A DNA stretch of 64,000 bases, the filler included, from Guillardia theta CCMP2712 (taxonomy: Eukaryota > Protista > Cryptophyta): the NCBI RefSeq assembly GCF_000315625.1. It is 5 parts of 5 records of this genome, joined end to end, with 100 filler letters (N's around TTAATTAATTAA, not from the genome) between each part and the next. Parts side by side here need not be neighbours in the genome. Positions count along the whole stretch, not along the records: positions 15,784 to 40,899 come from NW_005434615.1; positions 41,000 to 50,164 come from NW_005434310.1; positions 50,265 to 61,020 come from NW_005434281.1; 2 more parts are not named here. One strand, written 5' to 3'. This document shows, in pieces, positions 36,521-53,672 of this stretch. Below the pieces are notes generated by a model, which had not been told where the DNA came from, did not search any database, and saw nothing but the letters and a program-made list of their open reading frames with translations. Numbering within the stretch: the stretch's first letter is position 1; each line of letters starts with the position of its first letter. Made by a program: the position numbers and the translations under genes.

Positions 36521-39500
36521 ATGACGACAAGGACAAGAGGACGCGTGCGGTGGCTGCTCCATCTTCACGTGTTGCTCTTGCTGCTCGATTTGCAAGTGAA
36601 TGCCGTGCACGTTCAATCTTCTGCATCGCCGGTGGAGCCAGCACCTCCACACGACTACAACGAGACGTTGGGGCTGAAGCACTCGCCATACATTGAAAGC
36701 CAAGATTTGGAAGGCTTCAACCGGACGGACTGGGCGCATGACAACACATCCAAGAAGGCTGAAATGCCTGAAGTGAAGGGAAATGCGTCTTCAGGGAAGT
36801 CGTTCTTTGAGAAGTTTGTAAACCTCGTCTCCCCCAGCGTACTTGCTGCCCCGAACTCCAAGGACAGCGAAGAGGAGGTCCTGGGGAAGGATGGGAACGG
36901 AACAGATTCCGACGGGACTGGGGGGGGAGAGGCTCACCCGACAGCACAGGGGCACATCATCGCCGAAGCAAACAGCTCCAACGAGGTTCATATTGTGAAC
37001 CCAGCTGGGGACCCCCATGCTGTGCAGATTGACATGACGAGGACAGAAAGCGGACTGCTTGACATGTCGCAGGTGGTGATGCAAGATGAGTTGATGAGTG
37101 TTGAACTGAACGAGCCGATGGACATTGATACTGAGATCTTCCCTGAGATGATCTCGAGCATCCAGCCCTCGGGGGACTGTGCCGACGTCTGCACTCTCCA
37201 CACGTGCAACGGGCACGGAGTCTGCACGTTGCCAGCATGCACGTGCAACTGCACGGGAGGATACACAGGCTCACACTGCTCGCAGAAGGTCGCGATCATC
37301 GCCAACTTCCAGATCAGGCCGGGGAAGAAACCTTGCCCGGACAACTGCGCTGGACAAGGGGATTGCCTTGAAAATGGCACGTGCAGTTGCCACAGGGGTT
37401 GGGCTGGTTACAACTGCTCGATTGAATGCATGGGTGGAGTCGCGAACCCATGTTCAGGACATGGAGCGTGTCTTCCAGCGGATGGGAAGTGTCTGTGTCA
37501 AGATGGATATGCGGGAAAGAATTGCACTCGTCGGAATGTGCCCCAAGACATCAACAAATATCGAGAGATGGTGCGTCTTGGAAACATGGAGGTTGTTCGT
37601 TTGACATGATCCGTTTATCAGGTACTTGGGGAGCAAGTCCTGGGTGAGGAGTCGAAGACTGAGGGGAAAGATGAGGCACCGGAGGCCAAGGGAGCTTCGA
37701 GCCCGCATAGCGAAGTGCAAGGGGACGTTTCTGCTCCAGAGGGAAAGAAAGCCGACAGTGGCCCGTCAGTGTCTACCAACTCTAGTTCGTCTCCCAGTCC
37801 GAGCGGTGTGACTAGTCAAGACGGGCCCGCAGGGGCGCACAAGGATGAAGCATCGACAGCGAACGCGGCCAACCACACGACGACCTCAGCAGCGAGCAAT
37901 GTGACGGCAGCTGTCAACAGCAGCACGAGCAGCACCTTTGCCAGTCATGTCGTGCGAGGCGTCAAGATCTCCCGTGAGACGCTGCGGTCGCTGGGCGTCA
38001 ACCATGCCGCGTTCGACCTCGGCGGGAAGGCGCTGGCGTCCAACAAGGAGGCTAGAGGAGAATCTGCGCTGCTCAAGAACGACCGTGACAAGTACTGGAT
38101 CAGCCCCTGCAAGGTGGAGAAGGGAGCTCTCTGGGTTGTGGTGGAGTTGAACGAGATCATTAACGTGAACAAAATCGTCCTGGGCAGTTTCGAGTTCTAC
38201 TCGTCGACAGTGAAGGATTTCCAGGTCCTGACCCAGCTGGTGTACCCGACAGATCACTGGAACCTGCTGGGATACTTCCAAGCGCTTCCGAGCCGTCAGT
38301 ATCAAGAGTTTGTGGTGAAGACGCCGATGATGGCGAAGTTCCTCAAGATCCGGGTCCTGACTCACCACGGCAACGAGTTCTACTGCACTCTGAGCTCCAT
38401 CCAAGTGTATGGGACGACTCAGTGGGAGGAGATGGGGAGGATGCTAGACGAGAACGAGCATCATGTCGACATCGTGAAGAGAGCGCTGGTGGGAGGAGAT
38501 TCCGCGGATGCCGGCAAGGAGCGTCAGGACCAGAAGGACGATCTAGCAGTGAATGTCTCCAAGAGCCTGAACGTGTCCAAGAATGAGAGTGTCTCGAAGA
38601 TGCAGAATGTCAGCACCAAAGTTCCAGTGGCAAGGAATGCGAGCAAAGGGAGCAACTCAACTGTGGCAGGGAACTCCTCGCGGGTTTTTGAGGCTCAGGG
38701 CAAGGGAGCAGGCAGAGGAGGAAACACTTCGGAGGATCTGTCGAAGTCGCAGGGTGAAGGAGCCGCTGCTATGGAGTCAGAGCAAGTGAAAGAGGTGTCA
38801 AACCAAACAGGGTTGAGAGAAAACCTTCCTGATCCCGAGGATTCCAACGTGACGGAGCACTTCAATGCATCTGAATCGAACCAGTCGAGCCCAGGCAGGA
38901 CTGCGGACATTCACGAAGAAGGGAAAGAGAACGCGTCTGAGACAACGTCAATCTTTGCCAAGTTCGTCAGTCTGGTGAAGAGAAAGTCAGACGAGGGAGA
39001 GCAGGAGGGCTCGGCATCCCGACAGAGCCCGCAAGCTCGTGACCACAAACAAGAAGCGAATGTGCCAGGCGCTGACGCTGAATCTCCTGGTATGGCTGAG
39101 CAGCAGCAACGCGACCTGAGCTCGAGCACTAGGCGGATGGAAGGAGCAGAAAAGGCTGCGGCCGAAGCACAACAGGAGCAGCTGGTCGATTCTAGCGATG
39201 CCTCGACCCCTTCCCCGGTCCACCATGGGACTCGCGTCGAGGCTGCAGACGCGGAGTGGAGAGCGGGAGATGTTGATGCCGAACGTGGCGGCCCGGCAGA
39301 TGTCACGTCGTCCAAGACATCCTTCGAGACTGACAGCGTCAGCAAGGGAAACAGGCAGGAAGCCTCTGCCAAGGGTGTGGCGGGTGAGTCCTTCGCTCTC
39401 AGTGGACTCCAAGTGTTTGATCGATTTCTTACCTGCAGATTCTCCACAAGGGAGCGACGGCCAAGTGGCTGGCAAAGTTGCAGACGGCAGGCCGTTGGAG

Positions 39501-40852
39501 GTGGAAGGAGGAGAAGAGGCAGGGAAGGTCTCGGCGGAGAAGGCGCAGGGGCCGATGACAGCGACAGGAACCAGGGAGGAGGCGAGCGGGAGTGACCAGT
39601 CTCAGCATGCCGCATCCTCGGAAGGCAGTTGCTCTGACTGCTCTGACGCTGCGACGGAGCCCGACGAAAAAGAAGCCGAGTCTGCTTCACCTGCTCATTC
39701 GCTTCCACTGCGGTCAGCTTCTTCCAACACACGGCGGGTGCAGGAGGGCCCAGAGGGAGGAGACACTGCGGGGGAACCTCGTGAGGAAGACGCTGGCCAA
39801 GGTGACGGGAGCGTCGAGACAGAGGTTGGGGAGAAGTCGAAGTTAGAGCTGAGGGAGTCAGAGCAAGAAGATGGGGGGGAAGGGAGAAACTCGTCGTGTG
39901 AGGTGTTGGAGGATGAGGGGAGCTGGAAGAACTCGACAGGGCTGAATGAGGGCGACGCTCTCGATGCCAACCAGACGTTGGGCGATCAGAATCTCTCCAA
40001 TGCCATGGGCGGAGGAAGAGAGCTCGCAGACGCCTCCTCTCCCTCCGATGGTGAAGGATCGGATGCGACGCCGCACAACAAGACAGGGGAGCAAGGAGAG
40101 GGGCAGGCTAATGAGGGAGAGAAGAAACTTGCAGATGAACAGAGGAAGCGGCTTGTGGATGAGCAGAGAAGGGTAGCCATGGGGCTCATATCATCCCCGT
40201 CCCGTATCGGGGAGCTGTCCTTCTTCCACAAGGTGCCGGAGAAGATCAAGATGCTGGAGATCAACCACTCGTTCCTGCAGTCTTACATGGAGGAGACGAA
40301 GAAGCAGTACGACGAGTCATTCGAGGACATGCAGACAGACGTCAAGACCCTCCAGTCTGCCACGTCGGACGTCCGAGGCGAGCTCACCGCCATCGCCACC
40401 AACCTGACGGAGCGGATCAAGACCCTCGAGAATCACTCGGCGTTGCTGGAGGCGAAGTTCGAGGAGCAGGCGCAGATGATGTCGGACCAGCTGAAGGAGC
40501 TCGAGGCGCTGCGAGCCTTCAACGAGCGGAACCTCCTCCTCCTCCAGACGGTCGTGGCCCTCCTCGTCGTCGGCATCTTCTTGCAGCAGGGCAGGTCGAG
40601 GACGGAGAACGTGTCCTACCTTAGGAGGGCCTGGATGAAGATGCTCTCGAGCGACTGGCGCTACTTCGGGCTGATCCAGGGGCTGCTGAAACTCTTCGGC
40701 TTCCGGGCTGCACAAAAGGTGACGGGGAGGGGGAGGGGGAGGGGGAGGGGGAGGAGGAGGAGGAGGAGGAGGAGGGAGGGAGGGAGGGAGGGAGGGGGTT
40801 GATCTGCAAAAATACTCGTGATGTCTCCCAGGTTGATGTTTTTTTGCCCTAG
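36521..40852 (+). CDS. Mid-SUN domain membrane protein (SLP1/SUCO type) with N-terminal EGF-like repeats
   Basis: Signal peptide; three C..C.G.G.C..C.C..G(Y/W).G..C repeats; SUN motifs NHAAFDLGGK, LLKNDRDKYWISPC, VVVELNE, FEFYSS, HHGNEFYCTLSSIQVYG; coiled coil KIKMLEINHSFLQSYMEE; C-terminal TM. In-frame introns at 37571-37621, ~39384-39438 and ~40719-40831. Confidence 0.9.
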
Positions 40853-40999
40853 GATGAACCTGATCTTCCTACTTATCCCCTCTTTCGTAATTTTTTAGAN
40901 NNNNNNNNNNNNNNNNNNNNNNNNNNNNNNNNNNNNNNNNNNNTTAATTAATTAANNNNNNNNNNNNNNNNNNNNNNNNNNNNNNNNNNNNNNNNNNNN

Positions 41000-43783
41000 C
41001 GGAGAGAGACGCCGTCCGCGTCCTGGTGTCGCAGGGGATGAGCGCAGGAGGGGCGCAGAAGCTGCTGGAGGATGAGAAACTTGCCATCGAAGAGTGCATG
41101 AAGGGAGCGGAGAGCGTCGTTGAGCCTCCCGACCTCTCCAGTGCCGGGAAAGGAAGCGAAGCGGGCGTACTGCAGAGGAGCGCGTCGGCAGAAGGTGCAG
41201 AGGAGGAGGCGCAACCTGCAGAAGAGGAGACTCCCGAGAAGGAGCACGAGGCAGACCTGCCTCCCCGGCAGAGTCTGGACGTGGAGGCTCCTGCGAGGAT
41301 GAGCATCGATGAGAGCAGCACGGCAGGAAGCGCGATAACCAACACTCCCTCAGCGGCATCGCAGGGAGGAGAGAGAGTCGACGGTGAGAAGGCCGGGCAG
41401 AGTAGCAGCGTGTGGTCTCGCCTGAAGGCTGCGCGCACTATGCTCAAGACCGGAACGCCGTCGAAGGGGGAAGAGGCAGCGGCACACGCTGCCGGGTCCT
41501 TCTCGGACAAGGCGGGAGAGCACAAGGGGGCACAGGGGGAGAAGGGAAAGGCGTGGCGGTCGAGCGGGATATCCGCTATGTCAGGTACGACATCGTGCTG
41601 AAGTGGTGATAACGGCAGGAAGGGGAGAGCGCGGGGGAGGGAGGGAGGGAGGGGGGGGAATAGGGGACAGGGACAGAGAAAGGGAAAGTAGAAGGATGGG
41701 GGAAAGGATGGGGAAGGGGAGGAGTCCTCGGAGATGGGAGCTAATTCTAGGAGGAGGGGAATAAGGAAAGGAGCTGATTGAGCCCCTGACATCCTGGCAC
41801 AGCCATGGCGGCAGCAGCGACGGGAGCAGGCAAGGCAGCAGCAGGAGCAGCTCAGAGCTTAGCTACTCATGCTCACATCGCCTCGCACTCGAGCGACGAA
41901 CGGCACAGCTCTCATGCTGCCATGGCAGCCCACGAGGCCAACCACCTACAGGCGCCGAGCAAGATCAAGGAGAAGCTGGTGCGGGGAGGGTTCATGTCGG
42001 AGACCGGAGTAGCCAGCGCTAGAAGCTCCTCGTCAGTGTCCCTGCCCTCCTCCATCTGGATCCTTGAGCTGCTCCTCAACGGTACCCACATCTCCCTCTG
42101 GGATGAGGCGCAGAATCGCGTGCGCTCGCTGGTCACCCTCCCGAAGGTACAGGAGGAGGACGAGGACGAGGGAGGAAGGAAAAGAAAGACAAGGTTGAGG
42201 ACAAGGAGGGAGGAAGAAGGAGAAGGACGTGGTAGGAAGGGAGGAAGAGGAAAGAAAGTGGAAGAGGAAGAGTCAGGTCTCTCTCGCTGAAGTGCATGGC
42301 AGATCAACAGTCTGAGGAGGGAGGGAGTACTGCAAGCTCATGGCGGCCACCAATCGCTTCGCCAAGTTCGGGGAGGAGCTGACGCGCCTGCCAGCGACGC
42401 TGCGGGGAACGATATGGTCGGTGTGCCGAGATTACTACCAGATGTTCCACCGTTCCTCCATCCTCATGGTCCAGGTGAGCAGGAGGGAGGCAGNNNNNNN
42501 NNNNNNNNNNNNNNNNNNNNNNNNNNNNNNNNNNNNNNNNNNNNNNNNNNNNNNNNNNNNNNNNNNNNNNNNNNNNNNNNNNNNNNNNNNNNNAGTCGGG
42601 AGAGAGGAGACGGAGAAAGAAGCAGGAAGGGGAGAAATCAGAGGGGAGAGAGTTGAAGGGCAGACAAGGTTGAAGAGTATGAGACTTGTGCGTAGGATTT
42701 GTGGCAGTAGAGAGCGAAATGTTGTGTGAGGGCACAGGGGTTGGGGGAGCAGAGGGAGGAGGGAAGGGAGGAGNNNNNNNNNNNNNNNNNNNNNNNNNNN
42801 NNNNNNNNNNNNNNNNNNNNNNNNNNNNNNNNNNNNNNNNNNNNNNNNNNNNNNNNNNNNNNNNNNNNNNNNNNNNNNNNNNNNNNNNNNNNNNNNNNNN
42901 NNNNNNNNNNNNNNNNNNNNNNNNNNNNNNNNNNNNNNNNNNNNNNNNNNNNNNNNNNNNNNNNNNNNNNNNNNNNNNNNNNNNNNNNNNNNNNNNNNNN
43001 NNNNNNNNNNNNNNNNNNNNNNNNNNNNNNNNNNNNNNNNNNNNNNNNNNNNNNNNNNNNNNNNNNNNNNNNNNNNNNNNNNNNNNNNNNNNNNNNNNNN
43101 NNNNNNNNNNNNNNNNNNNNNNNNNNNNNNNNNNNNNNNNNNNNNNNNNNNNNNNNNNNNNNNNNNNNNNNNNNNNNNNNNNNNNNNNNNNNNNNNNNNN
43201 NNNNNNNNNNNNNNNNNNNNNNNNNNNNNNNNNNNNNNNNNNNNNNNNNNNNNNNTTGAGGAGAGAGAAGATCTTCCTACGGATACTCGATGGCGTCCTC
43301 CTCCTCCTCCTCCTCCTCCTCCTCCTCCTCCTCCTCCTCCTCCTCCTCCTCCTCCAGGTCTTCACAGGGGCCACCCTCAAGGTCGCTCGGCTCATCGGCG
43401 AGTACCTTCACCTCATGCGCCTTCTCCCTCCCGTCGCACACGACGCAGTCCTCGGACTGCGCGAGCTTCTCTCCTACTACCTCCTCCTCACCGCCGACCT
43501 CTTCACTCCTCCTGACATGTCCACCAAGTCCGTCCAAGTCGGAGGAGGCATGGAGATCCTACGGCGCAGGGGAGCTGAAAGCATGCAGCTGCTCCTGCGG
43601 CACATGGAAGCTGCTCGCCCTGTGGCTCCGCTGCCGCTCCTCACGTGCCAGGCTGTGCTCAAGTCTCCGGATGCGTTCTTCGGGCTCGGAGAGCGGTGCG
43701 TGCTTGAGGAGGTGGAAGTGGACGGGAGGCAGGAGGAAATAGAGGGCAGGAGGAAGAGAGGTCGGAGAAGGCAGGAAGGAGGA

Positions 43784-43814
<31 letters not shown>

Positions 43815-45962
43815 TGTAGGATGAGGGCGCCGAGGAGGAGGAGGAGGAGGAGGAGGAGGAGGAAGGAAAGCTGACAGATTGCAGGTGTGTGGCCATTGAG
43901 TCGCTGCTCTTCCTCGTGGAAGTGATGCAAGCCGTTCGCGTCTCTCTCTCTCAGGTGAGGAGGAGAAGGAGGAGAAGGAGGACAAGGACAAGGACAAGGA
44001 GAAAGTAGACAGGAAGTAGGCAGAAAGTAGGCAGCAGGCAGGCAGAAGATGAAGAACAAAGGGAAGGATGAAGAGATGAAAAGTGAGTGATGGTGGTGGT
44101 GGTGGTCGGAGGGAGCCAGGCAGACAGGAGAAAGCGGAGGAGGAGGAAGAGGAGGAGGAGGAGAGGAGGAGGCAAGTACCTGACGAGAGGAGCAGCTCTC
44201 GGTACCCAAGTCGGCGTCAGATGTCAAGAGCATCTTCAAGGAGATCGTGGAGCACGTGGAGGAGCTGAGGGAGATGATTTACAGTCNNNNNNNNNNNNNN
44301 NNNNNNNNNNNNNNNNNNNNNNNNNNNNNNNNNNNNNNNNNNNNNNNNNNNNNNNNNNNNNNNNNNNNNNNNNNNNNNNNNNNNNNNNNNNNNNNNNNNN
44401 NNNNNNNNNNNNNNNNNNNNNNNNNNNNNNNNNNNNNNNNNNNNNNNNNNNNNNNNNNNNNNNNNNNNNNNNNNNNNNNNNNNNNNNNNNNNNNNNNNNN
44501 NNNNNNNNNNNNNNNNNNNNNNNNNNNNNNNNNNNNNNNNNNNNNNNNNNNNNNNNNNNNNNNNNNNNNNNNNNNNNNNNNNNNNNNNNNNNNNNNNNNN
44601 NNNNNNNNNNNNNNNNNNNNNNNNNNNNNNNNNNNNNNNNNNNNNNNNNNNNNNNNNNNNNNNNNNNNNNNNNNNNNNNNNNNNNNNNNNNNNNNNNNNN
44701 NNNNNNNNNNNNNNNNNNNNNNNNNNNNNNNNNNNNNNNNNNNNNNNNNNNNNNNNNNNNNNNNNNNNNNNNNNNNNNNNNNNNNNNNNNNNNNNNNNNN
44801 NNNNNNNNNNNNNNNNNNNNNNNNNNNNNNNNNNNNNNNNNNNNNNNNNNNNNNNNNNNNNNNNNNNNNNNNNNNNNNNNNNNNNNNNNNNNNNNNNNNN
44901 NNNNNNNNNNNNNNNNNNNNNNNNNNNNNNNNNNNNNNNNNNNNNNNNNNNNNNNNNNNNNNNNNNNNNNNNNNNNNNNNNNNNNNNNNNNNNNNNNNNN
45001 NNNNNNNNNNNNNNNNNNNNNNNNNNNNNNNNNNNNNNNNNNNNNNNNNNNNNNNNNNNNNNNNNNNNNNNNNNNNNNNNNNNNNNNNNNNNNNNNNNNN
45101 NNNNNNNTCCCTCCTCACTTCCATCGCCCTCTTTTCTTCACATTCTCCTCTCCTCCTCCTTCCCATCTGACAAGAGCAGTTGGTCGAGGGGTACAGCAAG
45201 ATCCGTCATGTCGGTCCAAACACTCCTCTCCTAATGTCCAACGACATCAACACACTCAAGTCTGCCATGGAGATGGTTTGCTCCTCTTATCTCCTCTCCT
45301 CCTCCTCCTTGTACACCTCTCCTCCTCCTTCTCCTCCTCCTCCTCCTCCTCCCCTTCCTTTCCTTTTCCTCTCCTTCTCCTACTCCTCTCCCCTCCTCTT
45401 TCCTGACTTACGTCGTCAGATCCCGGGCATGGAGGAGTTCGGTCTCAAGCCTCTTCCCTTCTTCACTCACGTCGAACTCTTCATCAAGGGATACTTCCTT
45501 CCTCCGGACTCTCCGCAGGTCCTCCCGTTCATCCTCTCTCTTGCATCTGCTCCTGCTACTGCTCCTCTTCCTTCTGCTCCTCGTCCTCCTCCTCCTGCTC
45601 CATTCCTGCTCCTCCTGCTCCCTTCCTCCCCTCCTCCTGCTCCTGCTCCTCCTCCTCCTCCTCCTCCTCCTCCTCCTCCTCCTCCTCCTTCTCCCCTTAC
45701 TCATCTGTTCCTTACCTGTACCTTCCTCACTACTTCCTTCTCATCCCTCCGTCCTTGTCTCTCCGACTCAACTCTTTTCCTTTTTTCTGTTCTGATTTGT
45801 CGCTTCCTCCCCTCAGGTCATGGTGGAGTGGGCGTATCAGCATCCTTTCTATCCTCCCCATCAGGTACTTATCCCATGCCTGACTTGCTCCCTATCTTGT
45901 ATTCCTGCATGCCTTCTCTCTGTTTCCATCCTCCTCCTCATTACCCTTTTCCTCCCTCTCAA

Positions 45963-46000
<38 letters not shown>

Positions 46001-46624
46001 CCGTCCTACCCCCTCGACTCCTCGTCTTGCTCTTTGTAGTTGTGAACATACTTCAGGTCCTAGGGCTTGTACAAGCAGTGATCGAATCAAACAGCCATCA
46101 CACCTCGTCGTTCAGGTACTTTTATCTTCCCTCTCCCACAGCTTTCCCTTTCCTCGTTCCCTCCTCTCGCTCTGCTCCTCCTCTCTCGTCCTCGTCTTGT
46201 TTTCCTCGTCTGGTCTGAAGTAGCTCCCAGCGCTCTCATGGGTCAGGGCAAGTCGAAGAGCACGGAAGTAAAGCGTGTCCTTGCCCAGGTGAAGGAAGTA
46301 GAGAGCAGAGCAGAGCAGAGCAGAGCAGAGCAGAGGCGGAGCGGAGCGGAGCGGAGAGGAGCGAAGCGGAGAGGAGGAGAGGAGAGGAGAGGAGAGGAGA
46401 GGAGAGGAGAGGAGAGGAGAGGAGCGGAGCGGAGAGCAGAGCAGAGCAGAGCAGAGGTGAAGAATAGTTTGCAAGAACTGGACAAATTCGGGGGAAGAAG
46501 AGGAGGCAACCATGATCTTGACAGTAGAGGAGAAGCAAAGTTGAGAGGGCGGGAAGGAAGAGGAGGGAGAGGGATTGATCTGATATCGAGCTGCAGGTGG
46601 AGGAAGCGGTTCGAACCAACGTGA
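41000..46624 (+). CDS. VPS50: Syndetin / VPS50 (EARP complex subunit), partial and gapped
   Basis: Exons TLKVARLIGEYLHLMRLLPPVA, FFGLGERCVAIESLLFL, LVEGYSKIR..LMSND, HVELFIKGYFLP and EWAYQHPFYPPHQVLGLV match syndetin C-terminal motifs. Confidence 0.8.
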
Positions 46625-46870
46625 GCCCGTCTGCAAGCATGTCCCTACATGCGCTGGCCATGGCGCGATGAAGCAGAATTGGCAGAGGAGTAACGAGAAA
46701 AAGAGAGCGGGAGCGAGAGGGAGAGGGGAGGAAGGAAGAGGAGGAGGAGGAGGAGGAGGAGGAGGAGGAGGAGGAGATGTGTTAAAGACTTGAATTTATC
46801 TTATGTGGTCGATGAAGGAAAAGTTGTTTGATGAGACGGGGAGAGGCCTGCACGCGTCTGAAGCATGTGA

Positions 46871-50565
<3,695 letters not shown>

Positions 50566-51488
50566 CTGCTCGTGTCCAGCTGACGTCTGACTGCCAGTGG
50601 TTGACAAGCTGCTGTCAAACCAGGCGGGAGGGCCGACGTGGCTCAACAGCATCACGTGGGTGTCGGAGGAAGTCTAACGGTCTATCATGTATGTTGCCAA
50701 ACAAAGGGGTACTAGTGACTACCGTGCCGTGACCTCCCGGCCGGCCCGGGGCCCGCCGGCCCCCGGCCCCGCCTGCCGGGGGGCTCGACGGGCCCGGGCC
50801 GAAGGCCGCTATTCACAGTGAGAGACTCAGCCTGAGAGGAGGCTTGACTCCCTGACATCCGAGTTTACTTAACTCTTAAGACTGACTTCTTTACTCAAAG
50901 TTAAGTTAAAATCAGTACGAGGACATCAGTAGAGGACTCCGGCTTTGACCCGTGCCCATTAGCCGTGACCGTGACCGTCCCGGCGGCATACTAAGTGATT
51001 TGATTCGATTCAATACCATGTCCCTACAGGCGTTAAAACAGGCTGGGTCTGATGAGGCGGACTCACCGGTACCAATAACCCCTACCCCTCATTGAACAGT
51101 CGGAAGGGAGGGTACATGAAGGCTGGTGGCGGCCGGGCGGGGACGGAGGGGACAGTTGCGAGGGTGAGGTTTTGAGCGGGGGAATGTCATCCCCCAACGA
51201 AAAAGAGCGATTCCGATGAGAGCAGAAGAGCCTGACTGTTTCTGGTGCTTCAAAAAAGTACTTTTCGCTCTCCGGGGATATGAAGTCACGATGTGGGGAC
51301 GAATTGTCGATTCGAGGTCACGTTTCCACCTGGGAGAAGATCCAAATAAAGTCATTTCACATTTTACTGCATCAGCTTGAAATCGAAAACATTCTTTTCA
51401 GTGGGGGAAAAAAGCCCAGCTTGCCCGTCGACTCTATTCCTCTCGCTGGTTCCCCTCACTTCTGCAACCCGCGCTCCTCCTCCACGCG

Positions 51489-52007
51489 ATGTCCTCCCTG
51501 TCCTCCCCCACTTCTCCCGTCAGATCCGATGCCCCCGCCATCTTCGTCAACATCCGTAGGGGACGCCGCGTATGCCGCATCTCCTTCTCCCTCCCCCAAA
51601 TCTCGCGCCTGTTCCACGTGCGACAGGAGGAAGCTGCGGAAGCCCTGGTAAGCTGCTGCCTCCTTCCTAGTTCTCGCCTGCTCACATTATGGCAGGGAAT
51701 TTCGCTCACGACGCTCAAGCTCGTGTGTCGCCGTCTAGGGGTCCGGCGCTGGCCGTACACACGGGCCGGGTACGGGGTCCACAAGGACGCGAGAGCGGCC
51801 GAACAGGCAGCGCTGACGGCAACGGAGCTTGTGAAAGACGTCCAGTCTGCAGCATTTGAGGAGCACAAGGAACGAGTCAAGCTAGAGGTGTCCAGCGAGG
51901 ATCTGGCTGCAAGAGCAGTCAGTGCGAATGGGTTGAACGAGAGGTGGCTGAGATGGTACATTCTTGCGACCGACGACGACGAGGTGATATGGACGGGAGC
52001 TGAGTGA
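51489..52007 (+). CDS. RWP-RK domain transcription factor
   Basis: SLPQISRLFHVRQEEAAEAL|GISLTTLKLVCRRLGVRRWPY, with a short in-frame gtaagc..cag intron near 51647-51694. Confidence 0.9.
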   Translation: MSSLSSPTSPVRSDAPAIFVNIRRGRRVCRISFSLPQISRLFHVRQEEAAEALVSCCLLPSSRLLTLWQGISLTTLKLVCRRLGVRRWPYTRAGYGVHKDARAAEQAALTATELVKDVQSAAFEEHKERVKLEVSSEDLAARAVSANGLNERWLRWYILATDDDEVIWTGAE

Positions 52008-53155
52008 GAAAAACACGTTACAGAAACGAAAGGCGATGATTGTCAATGTTTACAGCTCCTTTGTCGTACGAGTTCCGTTCCTATGCCCCCAAGCAGGACC
52101 GTTGAAGCTAGACCTCATCAGCTGCCTCGGAGATGACCGATATTCTTCTTCCCATGAAACACTTTGTATTTTTGAAAATTAATGAATCTGATCTAAAGCT
52201 TGTCCTGTAGTCCTGTATTCGTTGCCGAAGTTCACACTAAGCTGCCACTGGCCCGGCTGCGTGACCCGGACCGAGTCCCGGAGCGACTCTTACTACGGGC
52301 TGGCCGACCCAGTGAGCACTGCGGCAGTGCAGCAGGGAGGAGCAGGGACTCGAGCAGGGAACAGGGAGGCTGGCAGGGCTCCAAAACTGAGCCGCACTCG
52401 GAGGGAGCAGGGAGCAGGGAAGCCGCAGGGCCTGGGGAGCAGGGAGCAAGTACGGTCAGTACGCCGGGACGGTCCCGTCTACTTGTGGACCGGGAGCCTG
52501 ACTCAGTGTCGGAGCGGGGTAGGGGGAGGCGGCTCTACTAAGCCGCTCGGACAGCCCCTGAGCAGGGGAAGTATCAGTGAGGCTAGGCACGGCCCACGGC
52601 GGCCTGCCAGGGCGGCCCGGCCCCACTGCCCGGGCCCGGGCGCCGTGCCAAATTACGCCGCCGAGTCCGGTCATGCCGCGGGCCGTGGCCCTGTGGCCCG
52701 GCGGCCCGGCCACTGCCGGACCAGGCCCGGCGCCGGGGAGCGGCCGCGCCCGGCGGCCGGCGCGCCGTTCAAATTACGCCGACAAGTCCGGTCATGCCGC
52801 CGCGTGACGGTGGCCCTGTGGCCGGGCGGCGCGGGCCGCGCCCTACCGTAGTAAGGCGTCACTGCCCGTGTCGGACCGTGGCACGGCCCGGAGTCGCCGG
52901 GCATGCCGCGGCCGCGGCACACTCAGTGACTCGGACCCAGTGATCATCTGACACTTCAAGCTTCACTCACTGAAGTTGCGGCATATTTTTAAAACTATTA
53001 TAGTGTTCGCCGAAGTGACCACCTGCTAGTACTAAAGTTAATTTTTTTTTGAGTGCAGAATGCCAAAATTCACTATGTAATTTCAAATAAGATCAGTTCA
53101 GTTTTATGAATCTCGAACAAGCGGCGCAAGGCTCGTCATCGTTCGCATCCTGGGA

Positions 53156-53672
53156 ATGAACAGAATGGAGGGCTGGAGGAAAGGCGGCGGCGGCGGCGGA
53201 AAGTCTAGCGGCAGCAAGACAGGAGGAACAGGAGCAGGAGATACCAGCGAGTTTACCATAATCTACATCGTAGTTTTTGGTACGAGACTGTTCTATCCGC
53301 TCGCTCGCCTCGCTCACTTGCTACAGTTACGATGTTTGTCTTTGGTATCGTCTACACGTACTACAAGAGGATGTGAGCGCTCCTTGTCTCGTTCAAGACT
53401 TGCGCACCTGACATGCTTCAGCTACTTGCCATCTCGGCGTGCGAGTGCGAATGGTATAAACGGAGAGGAGCAGCAGGTCACTGACGAGGGCATCCCTGTC
53501 GCGGTATGCTCACTCTTGCTCTGTTGCCTGAACGGCACAGATCTCCCTCACTCCAATGCCTCAGTATCCCGACGTGAATGGGGATGATCAGAGCGTGCTT
53601 GCCAACGTACTCGAGCTGAACCCGCAGCAAGCTCACGCCTACTGCGGCCTAGACCCTCCTAACAAGACCTGA
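53156..53672 (+). CDS. Small single-pass membrane protein, 4 exons
   Basis: Gly-rich N-terminus and spliced TM FTIIYIVVF|VTMFVFGIVYTYYKR; three ~50-nt GT-AG introns; ends CGLDPPNKT*. Confidence 0.55.

Noticed and set aside
44087-45406. Long ORFs spanning N runs
   Set aside because: Artefacts of translating gaps.
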